DNA from: Octopus bimaculoides
Lineage: Eukaryota
Reading direction: 5' to 3'
NCBI RefSeq assembly: GCF_001194135.2
Contig: NC_069001.1
Coordinates: 17,502,310 to 17,534,695, forward strand
DNA: 32,386 nucleotides
The notes beneath the pieces were generated by a model. That model was not told the origin of the DNA. It saw only the letters and a program-made list of their open reading frames with translations, and ran no database searches. The translations under genes were made by a program, and so were the position numbers. This document shows positions 21,017 through 32,386 of this stretch, in pieces; the first letter of the stretch is position 1, and the number at the start of each line of letters is the position of its first letter.

Positions 21017-21644
21017 TGCACACACACACACACACACACACATATTGAGGTCTAGGGAGGTGAACAGTTGGTTGTAATAAATCTATTTCCAAACTAGATG
21101 TACATTAATTTATTGGGGCCTNNNNNNNNNNNNNNNNNNNNNNNNNNNNNNNNNNNNNNNNNNNNNNNNNNNNNNNNNNNNNNNNNNNNNNNNNNNNNNN
21201 NNNNNNNNNNNNNNNNNNNNNNNNNNNNNNNNNNNNNNNNNNNNNNNNNNNNNNNNNNNNNNNNNNNNNNNNNNNNNNNNNNNNNNNNNNNNNNNNNNNN
21301 NNNNNNNNNNNNNNNNNNNNNNNNNNNNNNNNNNNNNNNNNNNNNNNNNNNNNNNNNNNNNNNNNNNNNNNNNNNNNNNNNNNNNNNNNNNNNNNNNNNN
21401 NNNNNNNNNNNNNNNNNNNNNNNNNNNNNNNNNNNNNNNNNNNNNNNNNNNNNNNNNNNNNNNNNNNNNNNNNNNNNNNNNNNNNNNNNNNNNNNNNNNN
21501 NNNNNNNNNNNNNNNNNNNNNNNNNNNNNNNNNNNNNNNNNNNNNNNNNNNNNNNNNNNNNNNNNNNNNNNNNNNNNNNNNNNNNNNNNNNNNNNNNNNN
21601 NNNNNNNNNNNNNNNNNNNNCACATGCACATATATACATACACA

Positions 21645-22490
21645 CAGAGTGCGGTGAATAAACTGTTGTCTAAATTACGAAAAATTACAAGTAACACTAA
21701 CATCTTATTTTAACAGATATATTTACCAAAATCACATAAAAATATCTTGAAATACTGAAGAGTAAATTTATTCAATGATATCGCCATTGGCTTCAACGAC
21801 GGCCTCCAGACGACTTCGGAATCTCTTGCAACTCTTCTGGATGGTTTCCTTGTTTAAGTTGGTGAATGCTACCATAATCCTTGTCTTCAGTTCATCTTTG
21901 GTGTTACGAGCAGTATTGTTGGTCTCTCACCCAACTGCACCCCACACGTAATAATCAAGGGGGTTGAAGTCTGGGGAGTTAGGTGGCCAGATGTTAGGGG
22001 TGATGTGGTTGCAGAAATTCTCTGACAGCCATGACTGGGTGCTCCTGCTAGTGTGACATGGTGCAGAGTCATGTTGCTAGACAGGATTTTCCAGCAGCCA
22101 CCCTCTTGACCCAGAGCAGCACTACCTCCTCCAGGCACTTGATGTAGACTTCCATGTTGAGCCTGAGGCCATGTGGGAAGATGAATGGAAGCATAATGTT
22201 GTCACCACTACTACTGATTTTTCCAAACACCATAATGTTGACTTGATGTTTGATTTTTATCACTCTCGGTACATGTTCGTATTGGGGCTTCCAGTGCTAC
22301 GTATTGGAGCATCCGGCATGAATACCAAGCAGCACAGCAGGTCGTTTCCAAATTTTTGTTAGAGTGAATTGCGCCATGGTGCTGTTTTTCTCACAGACCC
22401 TACTATACTGTGTAATCGAGACAATTAAAAACAATGCGCATGCACGAAATTAAAAATATAAATTTGCCATAATTTACCCATCGCAGCCTG
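21645..22490 (-). mobile_element. Internally deleted Tc1/mariner element, maT (DD37D) family
   Basis: Ends CAGGCTGCGATGGGTAAATT (22490) and CAGAGTGCGGTGAATAAACT (21645) are imperfect TIRs; TA at 22491-22492. Contains the transposase relic listed separately. Confidence 0.85.
21768..22377 (-). pseudogene. maT/DD37D transposase relic (stops, frameshift, large internal deletion)
   Basis: MAQFTLTKIWKRPAVLLGIHAGCSNT* joins KIKHQVNIMVFG...FIFPHGLRLNMEVYIKCLEEVV...V*QHDSAPCHTSRSTQSWLSENFCNHITPNIWPPNSPDFNPLDYYVWG...RFRSRLEAVVEANGDIIE*. There are 37 residues between the second and third catalytic D, and the first-D region is missing. Confidence 0.9.
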
Positions 22491-22512
22491 TATATTCATA
22501 CACGTATGTATA

Positions 22513-22728
22513 CGAGGTGGTGTACTGAAAAGTTCCTGGCTTTAAGTGTCTCACGAAAGGCCTGGCTGAAGGCCCAACCTTCCGAGTTGTTTTACAGGGC
22601 TTAGAAAAACTAAAGGACAGCTGCAATAAGTGTATAAATCTGAGAACGGAATATGTTGAATAAAATCCTAATTAACAGATCTTCATGCATTTTCTTTTAC
22701 CGAAAGACAGGAACTTTCCTGCACCCAC
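22513..22728 (+). mobile_element. Mariner-derived MITE (~216 bp) retaining the transposase C-terminus
   Basis: TA|CGAGGTGGTGTACTGAAAAGTTCCTGGCTTT ... AAAGACAGGAACTTTCCTGCACCCAC|TA; 22598-22663 reads GLEKLKDSCNKCINLRTEYVE*, a typical mariner C-terminal pattern. Confidence 0.85.
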
Positions 22729-22803
22729 TATATATATATATATATATGTATATATATAGCCACTAAAGCTTTCTTTATTCTCTCTGTCTATTTTCTCGTA
22801 TTC

Positions 22804-22839
22804 CTTTCTGTTAAAGAATGCAGGCTCGAAACGTAAAAG
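22804..22839 (+). ncRNA. Degenerate minimal hammerhead-like motif within an interspersed repeat (about 22760-22926)
   Basis: CTTT-CTGTTAAA-GAAT-GCAG-GCTC-GAAAC-GTA-AAAG: stem I CUUU/AAAG, palindromic ACGU stem III, core mutated. Confidence 0.4.
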
Positions 22840-23674
22840 ACTTTCTCACCTTCCTGAGCGTTAAACTAATACATCTGTTTGGTGTTTACACACCTGTCTT
22901 CGTCTTTTTTATTTGTAAATTCCAACNNNNNNNNNNNNNNNNNNNNNNNNNNNNNNNNNNNNNNNNNNNNNNNNNNNNNNNNNNNNNNNNNNNNNNNNNN
23001 NNNNNNNNNNNNNNNNNNNNNNNNNNNNNNNNNNNNNNNNNNNNNNNNNNNNNNNNNNNNNNNNNNNNNNNNNNNNNNNNNNNNNNNNNNNNNNNNNNNN
23101 NNNNNNNNNNNNNNNNNNNNNNNNNNNNNNNNNNNNNNNNNNNNNNNNNNNNNNNNNNNNNNNNNNNNNNNNNNNNNNNNNNNNNNNNNNNNNNNNNNNN
23201 NNNNNNNNNNNNNNNNNNNNNNNNNNNNNNNNNNNNNNNNNNNNNNNNNNNNNNNNNNNNNNNNNNNNNNNNNNNNNNNNNNNNNNNNNNNNNNNNNNNN
23301 NNNNNNNNNNNNNNNNNNNNNNNNNNNNNNNNNNNNNNNNNNNNNNNNNNNNNNNNNNNNNNNNNNNNNNNNNNNNNNNNNNNNNNNNNNNNNNNNNNNN
23401 NNNNNNNNNNNNNNNNNNNNNNNNNNNNNNNNNNNNNNNNNNNNNNNNNNNNNNNNNNNNNNNNNNNNNNNNNNNNNNNNNNNNNNNNNNNNNNNNNNNN
23501 NNNNNNNNNNNNNNNNNNNNNNNNNNNNNNNNNNNNNNNNNNNNNNNNNNNNNNNNNNNNNNNNNNNNNNNNNNNNNNNNNNNNNNNNNNNNNNNNNNNN
23601 NNNNNNNNNNNNNNNNNNNNNNNNNNNNNNNNNNNNNNNNNTATGTTGTTGAATTAAACTGAGTTGTGAAACTA

Positions 23675-23725
<51 letters not shown>

Positions 23726-23769
23726 TGGGGGGGTCCGCTTTTATATTTACTTTTGTCTCATACGCCGTG

Positions 23770-23880
23770 TTGTGTGTTGTTAAGTCCCGTAACTTAACAG
23801 TTCGATAAAATAAGTTCTGAGATTGATCTGATTGACTAACATTCTTGAAAGCAGTGCCCCAGCATGGCACAGTCTAAGGC
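23770..23880 (+). mobile_element. SINE 3' body fragment
   Basis: AAGTCCCGTAACTTAACAGTTCG...GATAAAATAAGT...GTGCCCCAGCATGGCACAGTC. Confidence 0.7.
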
Positions 23881-24389
23881 ATGGGACCAACAAAAGCGTC
23901 CGAGTATAATTGTGACGGTGAAAATCGTGTGTGATAGTAAAACTTATCTCTTTCATCCAACATATATATATATATTCCCCCTTTCATTTCTTTTATCTTT
24001 CCCTATTTCTTCTCTCTCTCTCATTGTCCCCAACCGCACTCTCTCTCTCTCATTCTTTCTGTTTTCATCGTTTCTTTTGTTCTTTTTCATGCTTCCTCAT
24101 TCATTCGTTTTCTCTTTCATTTTGTCTTTGTCTCTCATTCTTTCGCCTATTTTTTCATTCATTCTTTCTTTTCCCTTTTTCTTTTTTTCCTTCTGTCTTT
24201 CTTTCATTCTCTTTCGTAGTGATGATTGCTTAATCCATGTTTGTCCTGGCCGAGCTGATCAATGATGCAAAGACAGCCCAACTGTGATCAATCCGTATTT
24301 TGTTTATCTCTTCATTGCCCACTGTGTTCATACCTTCTATTAAACGGCTGCAATTTCTAGCGGATCGAGTCTTCTCCGTCGTAGTGTGT

Positions 24390-24570
24390 TGTCATTTAAC
24401 CCTTGGACATCACGGATTCAGGAAACCTATGATCAAAAGCAATCCGGTTATGCCTATCAGTCTTTTATTCAGCCTTCCTTTCTTCTGAAGCCGATAAGTT
24501 GTGATATGAGGAGTCTTTTGGCTGCTGTGGTGGCCAGCCTCAGTCCCAACTCAGAAACGATCAACCCGTG
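24390..24570 (-). mobile_element. Degraded SINE 3' portion (tail family of 4340/30180)
   Basis: TTTAACCC...ACCTATGATCAAAAGCAATCC.G..ATG...GAGGAG..TTTTGGCTGCT, reverse complement of the 30200-30390 pattern. Confidence 0.5.
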
Positions 24571-24654
24571 ACGATCCTGCCTGACTTTATCATGTTTTAG
24601 GATTCACATATTTCATATAATATTGACCAATATAGTATTAGATATCATTTATGA

Positions 24655-24745
24655 AGGTTGCGACTTAGCGCGGTTATTAGGGCGCCGGATAGACTATTTT
24701 GCGGAGTCTCTTTCCGACTCCCTACGTTCCGAATTCAAATTCCTC
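24655..24745 (+). mobile_element. Degraded SINE head
   Basis: GACTTAGCGCGGTTATTAGGGCGCCGGATAGA...TACGTTCCGAATTCAAATTCC, similar to the 5208 and 10022 heads. Confidence 0.55.
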
Positions 24746-24919
24746 CTCTTCACTCCGAATACAAAAAAAAAAATAAGAGAGAAAAAAAATTAAATAAATA
24801 AACGGCTCCCATAAGATTCCGTAAAACTCTAGATAGGTTTGGAAAGTCCTTAAGCAAGTGACCAAGTTTTTCAGCTGGTTACCAAATATGTACACACCCG
24901 ACTCCCGTATACCAGCTGA

Positions 24920-25140
24920 TCATCATCCTCATCGTTGTAGCATCCACTTCTCCATGCTCGCATGGATCAGACGGAATTTGTTGAGGCAGATTTTCTACAG
25001 CTGGATGCCTTTCAAGTCGCCAACCTTCACTTATTTCCAAGTAAGACAAGGCTTCCATGCAGCCAGACATGTCTTCACAGAAGAATGTAAAGGAAAGTCA
25101 CTACTTGTATGATTGGTCACACTCGCTTACAACTACCACG
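24920..25140 (-). mobile_element. Repeat with an RTE-LINE-like 3' tail ending in (GAT)n on the minus strand
   Basis: CATCATCCTCATCGTT...TCCA.TT.TCCATGCT.GCATGG.TCAGACG...GGATGCC.TTC....GCCAACC pattern; single copy here. Confidence 0.5.
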
Positions 25141-25141
25141 T

Positions 25142-25191
<50 letters not shown>

Positions 25192-25199
25192 TAATATAT

Positions 25200-25420
25200 A
25201 TGGCGGACTTCTTTTAGTTTCCATCTGCCAAATGCACTCACAGGGCTTTGGTTGGTCCGGAGTTGTAGTACATGTGGCTTGTGCCCAAAGCACTACGCAA
25301 TGGGATTGAACCCGAAACCATGTGATTGGGAAGCTAACTTCTAACCGCAAAATCACTCCTGCGCTTACGATATCCTTTATCCTTTACTAGTTTCCGCTGG
25401 AGAGCTGCAGCTATGCTGGG
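25200..25420 (-). mobile_element. SINE head (25200-25365) plus separate tail fragment (25375-25420)
   Basis: TTTCAGTTTCC.TCT.CCAAAT.CACTCACA.GGCTTTGGTTGG.CCG...TGCCCAA.G...ACGCAATGGGATTGAACCCG.AACCATGTG.TTGGGAAGC.A.CTTCT.ACC. Confidence 0.8.
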
Positions 25421-25769
25421 CCACCGCCATTATATACTGTTAATAATCAACTGATATCATTATTAGATGATGACAGAATCTGGAGAGCATTCCGTTTAGG
25501 TCACGGGTTCAAATCTTGCCATGAATCAACTTTATTTTGATAAAATAAAGTCACCAATCTACACTGGACATGGTGGCTGGTATNNNNNNNNNNNNNNNNN
25601 NNNNNNNNNNNNNNNNNNNNNNNNNNNNNNNNNNNNNNNNNNNNNNNNNNNNNNNNNNNNNNNNNNNNNNNNNNNNNNNNNNNNNNNNNNNNNNNNNNNN
25701 NNNNNNNNNNNNNNNNNNNNNNNNNNNNNNNNNNNNNNNNNNNNNNNNNNNNNNNNTCCTCATTCAGGT

Positions 25770-25900
25770 AGTTTAGCAGAAACGATAGACAAAATGACTA
25801 GAGGTGTTTGTTCAGGCTCTGTAGCGATCTGAGTTCGAATCCTACTAAGGTCAACTTTGTCTTTCATCCTTTCGCATTGATAAAACTAAGTACCAGTCAT
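25770..25900 (+). mobile_element. SINE (5208-type), 5' two-thirds
   Basis: GCAGAAAC...GACAAAATG..TAG.GGT.TTTG...CTGAGTTCGAATCC...AAGGTCAACTTTG.CTTTCATCCTTTCG...TGATAAAA.TAAGTACCAGT. Confidence 0.75.
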
Positions 25901-25904
25901 CAAT

Positions 25905-26275
25905 ATTTTTCTTTTACTTGTTTCAGTCATAACAATGCGGCCATGCTGGGGCATCTCCTTGAAGATTTTTCAGTCGAATGAATCGACCCCAGTACGTTTC
26001 TTTTCTAAGTCTGGCACTTATTCTATTGTTCTTTTTTTGCCGAATCGCTAAGTCACGGGTACGTAAACAAATTCCCACCAGTTGTGAAGAAGACACACTC
26101 ACACACTCATACACACACAACAACAACAACAACCGGCTTCTTTCAGTTTTCATCTGTCAAATTCACTCACAAGACAATGGTTGGCCCGAGGCTATAGAAG
26201 ACACTTGCCCAAGGTTCTACTGAACCCGGAAACGTGATTTGGAGCAAACTTCTTTCCACACAGTCACACCTACGC
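25905..26275 (-). mobile_element. Full-length bipartite SINE with internal (CA)/(CAA) tract
   Basis: Tail TTTTACTTGTTTCAGTCAT...TGCGGCCATGCTGG; head GGCTTCTTTCAGTTT.C.TCT..CAAAT.CACTCACAAG...GGCCCGAGGCTATAGAAGACACTTGCCCAAGGT. Confidence 0.88.
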
Positions 26276-27494
26276 CCATTATTTTATGTACTGGGATCGA
26301 TTTAATCGATTACCCCTAGCTCTCAAAGCCAACTATAGCTGAAAAAACAGAAGGACTGACGGTATTTGACTATAAGGGTTCGAGATCAAATCCCGAGAGG
26401 GATGAATTTGGCTTGCATCCTCCAGGGCCCGAGTTAGGTTCAGGTACTAGTATAGCTAAAATGATGAGAAGGTGCGGCATTTATCTTCCCGCAGGTGGTG
26501 GGGCAGCACCTCCTATATATACTATGTAGAGTGATTGTGATGGGAGCTAAACGAAATAAGTACCCGTAAAATATTGAAGGGGTAGATGCAATTAACTGTG
26601 TCCTTTCTTAGAATTCAAGGGATCTGAAATGTGCAGATATTTACGAGTGAAAAGTACAAAGTTTACTTCTGGTGGACCTCCTTTCCTTTCAATATATAAA
26701 CATTGATTGAGGTCCTGGTAAATCCCTGGGCCCAGCTTGTTGCACCCCTTATACCCCCATACAACCCCTCATGGGCCCTACCAATCGTTAGTAATCATTA
26801 TTGGTTTGGGTGTTGATAACTGATGTTGTTTCTTAACCCTGAGTGTCGCCCTTAATTAAAGAGACGTTGGGCCAAAGACAGTCTTTAGATTATATTTATT
26901 CAATGGAAGCCTCCCATTTGACGAAGACTTGGGTTACTATTTTTAGCAAATTGATCTACCACTTACACACTTTCAAAGGTTGTTGATGTTATTATTGATG
27001 AAGACTGCGTTGTTCGTTGTTTAGTTCCATATCAGTTCTGATTGAGCAGATACAGACCTTTGGCCTGAAAGCGTTCCAAAAGTGACCAACCTGCCTTTAT
27101 TTTACTCGAAACAATTTTATCCACGGTTTTATCATCCCATATCTTTCCTTCTCGAAAGGTGATAGGAAGTGATTTGATGGAAGTGTCGTTGCTATTTCTA
27201 GTAGATCTAGCGACCAAGGAAAGGCACCTCGTCGACACGTGTTTCCCTTATTATTATTGGTGGTGGTGGTAGCGGTGGAGACAGGATAGCACAGCGAACT
27301 AATAATGTAGTAGCTGTAGTAGTAATGCTGGTTGAAGCCATTCGTCAGCAGCGAAAGGATTCGAAACCGGGTCCAGCAAATTCATTCAGGTGGGAAAAGG
27401 TTAGTTTAGAGATGAAAGGTGGAGGAAGGAGGTATAACGGTAGGAAATAGAAACGTTTGCCCTACAAACCGCGTAGAAATGTGTGTGAGTGTAT

Positions 27495-27527
<33 letters not shown>

Positions 27528-28139
27528 GAGGGAGATTTGGTAAGGCACACGGATAATTAAGCAGATACGAAAGCAGAGAGACAGATAGAAACAGAGTAAA
27601 AGAGAGAGTTAGCTTGATAGAGAGGGAGAGAGAACGAAAGAACAAAACGAGAAAGAAAACCTGCAATCACGAAAGGAATGAAAGAATGAAGAAATATATT
27701 TACGAAGCGAAAGAAAAAAATAAGAATATATATATATACACACAAGATTGATAATTTCTATAAAAACCAAACTTACCGTTCAGTAATATAATATGTAGAT
27801 TTTCCATGCACGAGTGTATATTTTGGTTTCCATATAGCTTATTTCCTCTGTATATATATATATATAATTATATATACAAACAACAACGAAGAGCGTGTGT
27901 TTATATATCTATATAATAGTAATTACAGTTTGCAGTGTGTGTACTCTCAAGTGTCGTTGTAGGTTGTAGATTACAATTATTATCCGTACACGAAATGTTT
28001 TTTAACTCCACACGTCCACGCAAGATGTTAGTTGAATGTGTGTATATGTGTGTGTACGCGTATGCATATAAGTATATGTGTGCACGTGTGTGTATGAATA
28101 TGTGCGTTTGTCCTTATATGTGTGTGTATGTGTTTGTAC

Positions 28140-28142
28140 TTC

Positions 28143-28173
<31 letters not shown>

Positions 28174-28320
28174 GCAGGTGCGTGCGTCTAAGTTAGTACA
28201 TGCTTCTGTATAAATATATATATATATATAAATAGACATATGTATGTTTATGTAAATATATATGTATGTATATGTGTGTGTGTGTTTGTGAGCGTGTATA
28301 TATATTAACACATGATTGTA

Positions 28321-28378
<58 letters not shown>

Positions 28379-28718
28379 NNNNNNNNNNNNNNNNNNNNNN
28401 NNNNNNNNNNNNNNNNNNNNNNNNNNNNNNNNNNNNNNNNNNNNNNNNNNNNNNNNNNNNNNNNNNNNNNNNNNNNNNNNNNNNNNNNNNNNNNNNNNNN
28501 NNNNNNNNNNNNNNNNNNNNNNNNNNNNNNNNNNNNNNNNNNNNNNNNNNNNNNCCCTCACCCTCTCACATTCTCCACTCTCTCTGTCTCTCTCTCACAC
28601 ACTTTTTTGCTCCGTCTCACACTTTCTCTTTTATTCCTTTTGTTTCTCTTTCTCTCTCTCTCCTTCTTTATCTTTTCTTTTTCCTTTTCCTCTACGCTTC
28701 CTCCCCGACATAAACACG

Positions 28719-28780
<62 letters not shown>

Positions 28781-30160
28781 TTCTCTCTCTCTCTCTCTCT
28801 CTGTAATATTTTTTTTAATTTCGTTTCTTTTCCATGAACGGACACACACGCGCTCACACACGTTCACACACACACACATACATAGATTCTCTCGCAGATA
28901 TTCATGCATACATATACACAAACATAATGCACACATACATGCACACACACACATACACACGTGCGTATACACAAACATGCTCGGCGATAAAATTTTCTCA
29001 TATTCGTCACTTGTAAACACACTTGCAATCGCGCGCACACACATACACATACACACATATACACACATACAGAAACACACGTACACACATACAGAGATTT
29101 TCTTGTACATATTAATGCATATATACAACATATATATATATATATACATACGCACATACGTACTCTCTCACATCGTCTGTAACACGCTTTATCTCACATA
29201 CATAGCAATTCTAGCACACAGATATGCATAAACCCATGCATTGTAGCACACTCTTACACACACACACACACATACATACAAGCACACACGCATTAAGTTA
29301 TATATATATACGCACATAGCATTCGCTCGCACACGCGCATACGACGACGGCGCAGTCACAATCACACACACACACACACACATATACAAATGCGGCATAT
29401 AACCACATACAAACACACACTAACACACACCTGCTGCATATAAGCGTACATACATATACGTATACACACACACACACACTCATGCGGCATATAACCGCGT
29501 CCACACACAAACACGCACCTGCGGTATATCATTATACATACATTCAGATATTCACATAAACATACACCCACAGACACTAACATCAGTATATAATTACACA
29601 CACACATACACACACATATACGCACACATGCGGTATATAATAACACACGCTCCTACTTACACACACACACACACACACTTGCAGAATATAATCAAACACA
29701 TTAATACACACACAACCACACTCACACATGCACACATACACACAAGCGCGCGCGATGTATCACACGCAAACACACACACACACACACATGTAACAGGACA
29801 TACAAGCTCACACCGTCTTATATGATACAACGCATATACGGCACAAATTCGCGCCCACACGCACCTACATCACATACAACAGACACATACACACACAATA
29901 AATTCACACTCATAGACATATAAACAACGCACACAAATCACAGATAGAACGCGCTTCAAACTTACAGACACACATAGACCCTCAGTGCACCAGCGTGCGC
30001 ACGTGCACACGCACACACACACACACACACACATACACTCACACAAACTCACATTCGCACTCAGCTTCAAACGCACGAATACAATATACAATGATACACA
30101 CGAATATACAAAGATCGCACATACATATACATATACAAGACATCATACATATACGTACAT
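28140..30160. repeat. Extended compound microsatellite/low-complexity region: (GATA), (TA), (CT), (CA)/(CACG)/(CATA)
   Basis: Accounts for all long H/T/Y/C/V ORFs in this interval. Confidence 0.92.
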
Positions 30161-30179
30161 ACATGTATACATAACGACA

Positions 30180-30400
30180 GGTTCATTCAAGAGAGCCAGT
30201 ATGAGGTTGCCTGATCTGCTAGAAATAACAGCCAAATCTCCGTCAGTTCATACTATCGCTATCTTTATAAACAAGGAAAGGTCATATTCGGTAATGTGGT
30301 GTTAGATACGGCTAAATAGACAGGATGGACATGACTGGAACGTCGTTAATCATAAATCTCCTCGAGGATGATTGACCGCGGGTAAAATGATAATAACAGG
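30180..30400 (+). mobile_element. SINE 3' portion (best-preserved copy of this tail family)
   Basis: GCCTGATCTGCTAGAAATAACAGCCAAATCTCC...GGATGGACATGACTGGAA...T.ATCATA..TCT.CTCGA...G.TTGACC. Confidence 0.65.
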
Positions 30401-30404
30401 TACT

Positions 30405-30594
30405 TATACACACACACACACACACACGCACACACACACGCACACACACACGCACACACACACGCACACACACAAAACATTTCCGTTCACAGCAGAACAC
30501 ACACGCACACGCGTGCCACACATATTTACACGCACATATATATATATATATATGCACACGGCGAAATACACACGCGCGCTCATACATACACAAA

Positions 30595-30634
<40 letters not shown>

Positions 30635-31092
30635 GGGTTAGTTCACCTGTACTCTTTCTTTCTCTTTTTCTTTCTCTCTCACTCAGTCTTTCATTCACAT
30701 ACGTACGCACATATCCACACATATATCCGCACACACATATCCACGCATACACACACATATACACATGGCATTAGTACACCTGCACTCGGCCTCTCTTTCT
30801 CTCTCTTTCTCTCTCTCTCTTTCTCTCTATCTCAGAAACACACATAAACAAGTACACATACAGACAGACAGACAGACATACAGGTGGAGGTTAGACACGC
30901 ATTCTTACCTATACATCACCATACGGCATTCGTCATTTCCATTCGCATGCACAACACACACGCAACATACAGGTGCTTATATATATAAGCACCTACTCGC
31001 GTATATACGCAAGATATTCATTCACTCTCACTCACACTCACACACACACACAAACAAGGACAGTAGGTCAGTAACATATATATATATATATA
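30405..31092. repeat. (CA)/(CACG)/(CT)/(TA) microsatellite region
   Basis: Read directly. Confidence 0.9.
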
Positions 31093-32094
31093 NNNNNNNN
31101 NNNNNNNNNNNNNNNNNNNNNNNNNNNNNNNNNNNNNNNNNNNNNNNNNNNNNNNNNNNNNNNNNNNNNNNNNNNNNNNNNNNNNNNNNNNNNNNNNNNN
31201 NNNNNNNNNNNNNNNNNNNNNNNNNNNNNNNNNNNNNNNNNNNNNNNNNNNNNNNNNNNNNNNNNNNNNNNNNNNNNNNNNNNNNNNNNNNNNNNNNNNN
31301 NNNNNNNNNNNNNNGAGCTGCAAGTACTACTGATAATCTCCATAATATTGGTGCTGTGTCTCTGTGTGTGTGTATGTGTGTGTGTCTGTGTGTGTGTGTG
31401 TGCCATGTCCCCGAGAAAAATTTCGTTGAGTGAAACAAGACAGCGTTCAGGTCCTGAATTAAAAAAGGGGCCGTGAAATTTTATTTCTACTTTCCCAGAC
31501 AAACATACATACATACATACATACATACATTTCCTTTTTTTGCTCGAAGGAAAGGATCCGGACGATATTCGCAGGGCCTTTTATTGACTCCTGGCCCCGG
31601 ACACTAGTACCATCTGAGCCAGCCCCCACCCTGGCTCTCTCTTATTGACCCTGTTTATGTGAGTGTTTTTGTTAAACCATGTGTTAATATAGCCGTGTAT
31701 GCATGTATATATGTATGTATGTGTGCATGTATGTATATGGATAAACGAATTATTTCACGTCTCTCGCAGTTACTAAATTCTTATAATGTAAGCAACATAT
31801 AAAACCCACATCCAATCACACTAACACAAAAAAGAGAGGTATCCGGGAAGTGAGGCGGTTACACCACGTAGCACTCCAGTAAACATCGACTAATGGGATA
31901 TGTAGGAAAGGAAAATTTCGCTATAAGTCACTTCAATTCGACACAAACTGAAGATCTAGAAGTTTAACGTGGTGAATGAAATAACAAGAATGGAATTATA
32001 GATATTATATATGTTCCATTGTTTACAATTGTTTCAATAACGTTTAGTGACAAATTATATATGATTAAATACAACCCCCATTCTTCGCGGATAT

Positions 32095-32284
32095 TAGTAT
32101 TGAAGGGTATTAGTCGAACTAATCGAGCTCAGGACTTAATCTTTTTTAAGCCTACTACTTATTCATTCGGTCTGTTTTGCTGAACCGCTAAGTTACGGTG
32201 ACGTAAACGCATCAACAGCGCTTGTCAAGTGGTGATGGGGTTGGGGTCAAACATAGAGACAAAAACACATACAGACACATACGC

Positions 32285-32323
<39 letters not shown>

Positions 32324-32324
32324 C

Positions 32325-32368
<44 letters not shown>

Positions 32369-32386
32369 ATATGTACGTGTGTATAT
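32095..32386 (-). mobile_element. Bipartite SINE 3' body plus its internal microsatellite (continues beyond the window)
   Basis: TAGTCGAAC.AATCGA.C.CAGGACTTA.TCTT...AAGCCTA.TACTTATTC..TCGGTCT.TTTTGC.GAACCGCTAAGTTACGG.GACGTAAAC.CA.CA.CA.CG.TTGTCAAG, matching 9510-9640. Confidence 0.88.

Noticed and set aside
26423-26780. CAGGGCCC ... GGGCCCTA as hAT MITE ends
   Set aside because: Only about 7 bp match, no 8-bp target duplication, and the left end lies in SINE-like sequence.
26967-27064. 98-nt minus-strand segment with good acceptor (CTTTCAG) and donor (GTAAGT)
   Set aside because: Stop codons in all three frames; could only be a non-coding exon, with no evidence here.
29391-29640. CRISPR-like repeat-spacer interpretation
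   Set aside because: Animal DNA, repeats only 12 bp and degenerate, spacers low-complexity, no cas genes.
31448-31652. Possible hAT-type MITE (CAGGTCC...GACCCTG)
   Set aside because: The terminal match is too short and imperfect, and no target duplication was seen.

Overview
Animal non-coding DNA, most likely from an Octopus/cephalopod scaffold. This is inferred from the dense (CA)/(GA)/(TA) microsatellites, about 4.5 kb of N in 14 gaps, and recurring octopus-type SINE sequences. I can support no host protein-coding exon; the ORF track is almost all microsatellite or N read-through. The window is a transposon graveyard. It holds many tRNA-derived SINE copies, an internally deleted maT (DD37D) Tc1/mariner element, two mariner-type MITEs, a CR1/L2-type RT remnant, the endonuclease end of a CRE-clade LINE between two ~150-bp direct repeats, and a hAT-like end. 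The most notable signal is RNA-structural. A minimal type-I hammerhead ribozyme with a complete catalytic core lies at 18658-18741 (minus strand). Up to seven further, degraded hammerhead-like motifs of mostly unrelated flanking sequence occur at 4129, 11903, 15799, 19096, 19418, 22804 and 27326. Most have the self-complementary stem III typical of Penelope-like-element/retrozyme hammerheads. Activity and family assignments are untested inferences.
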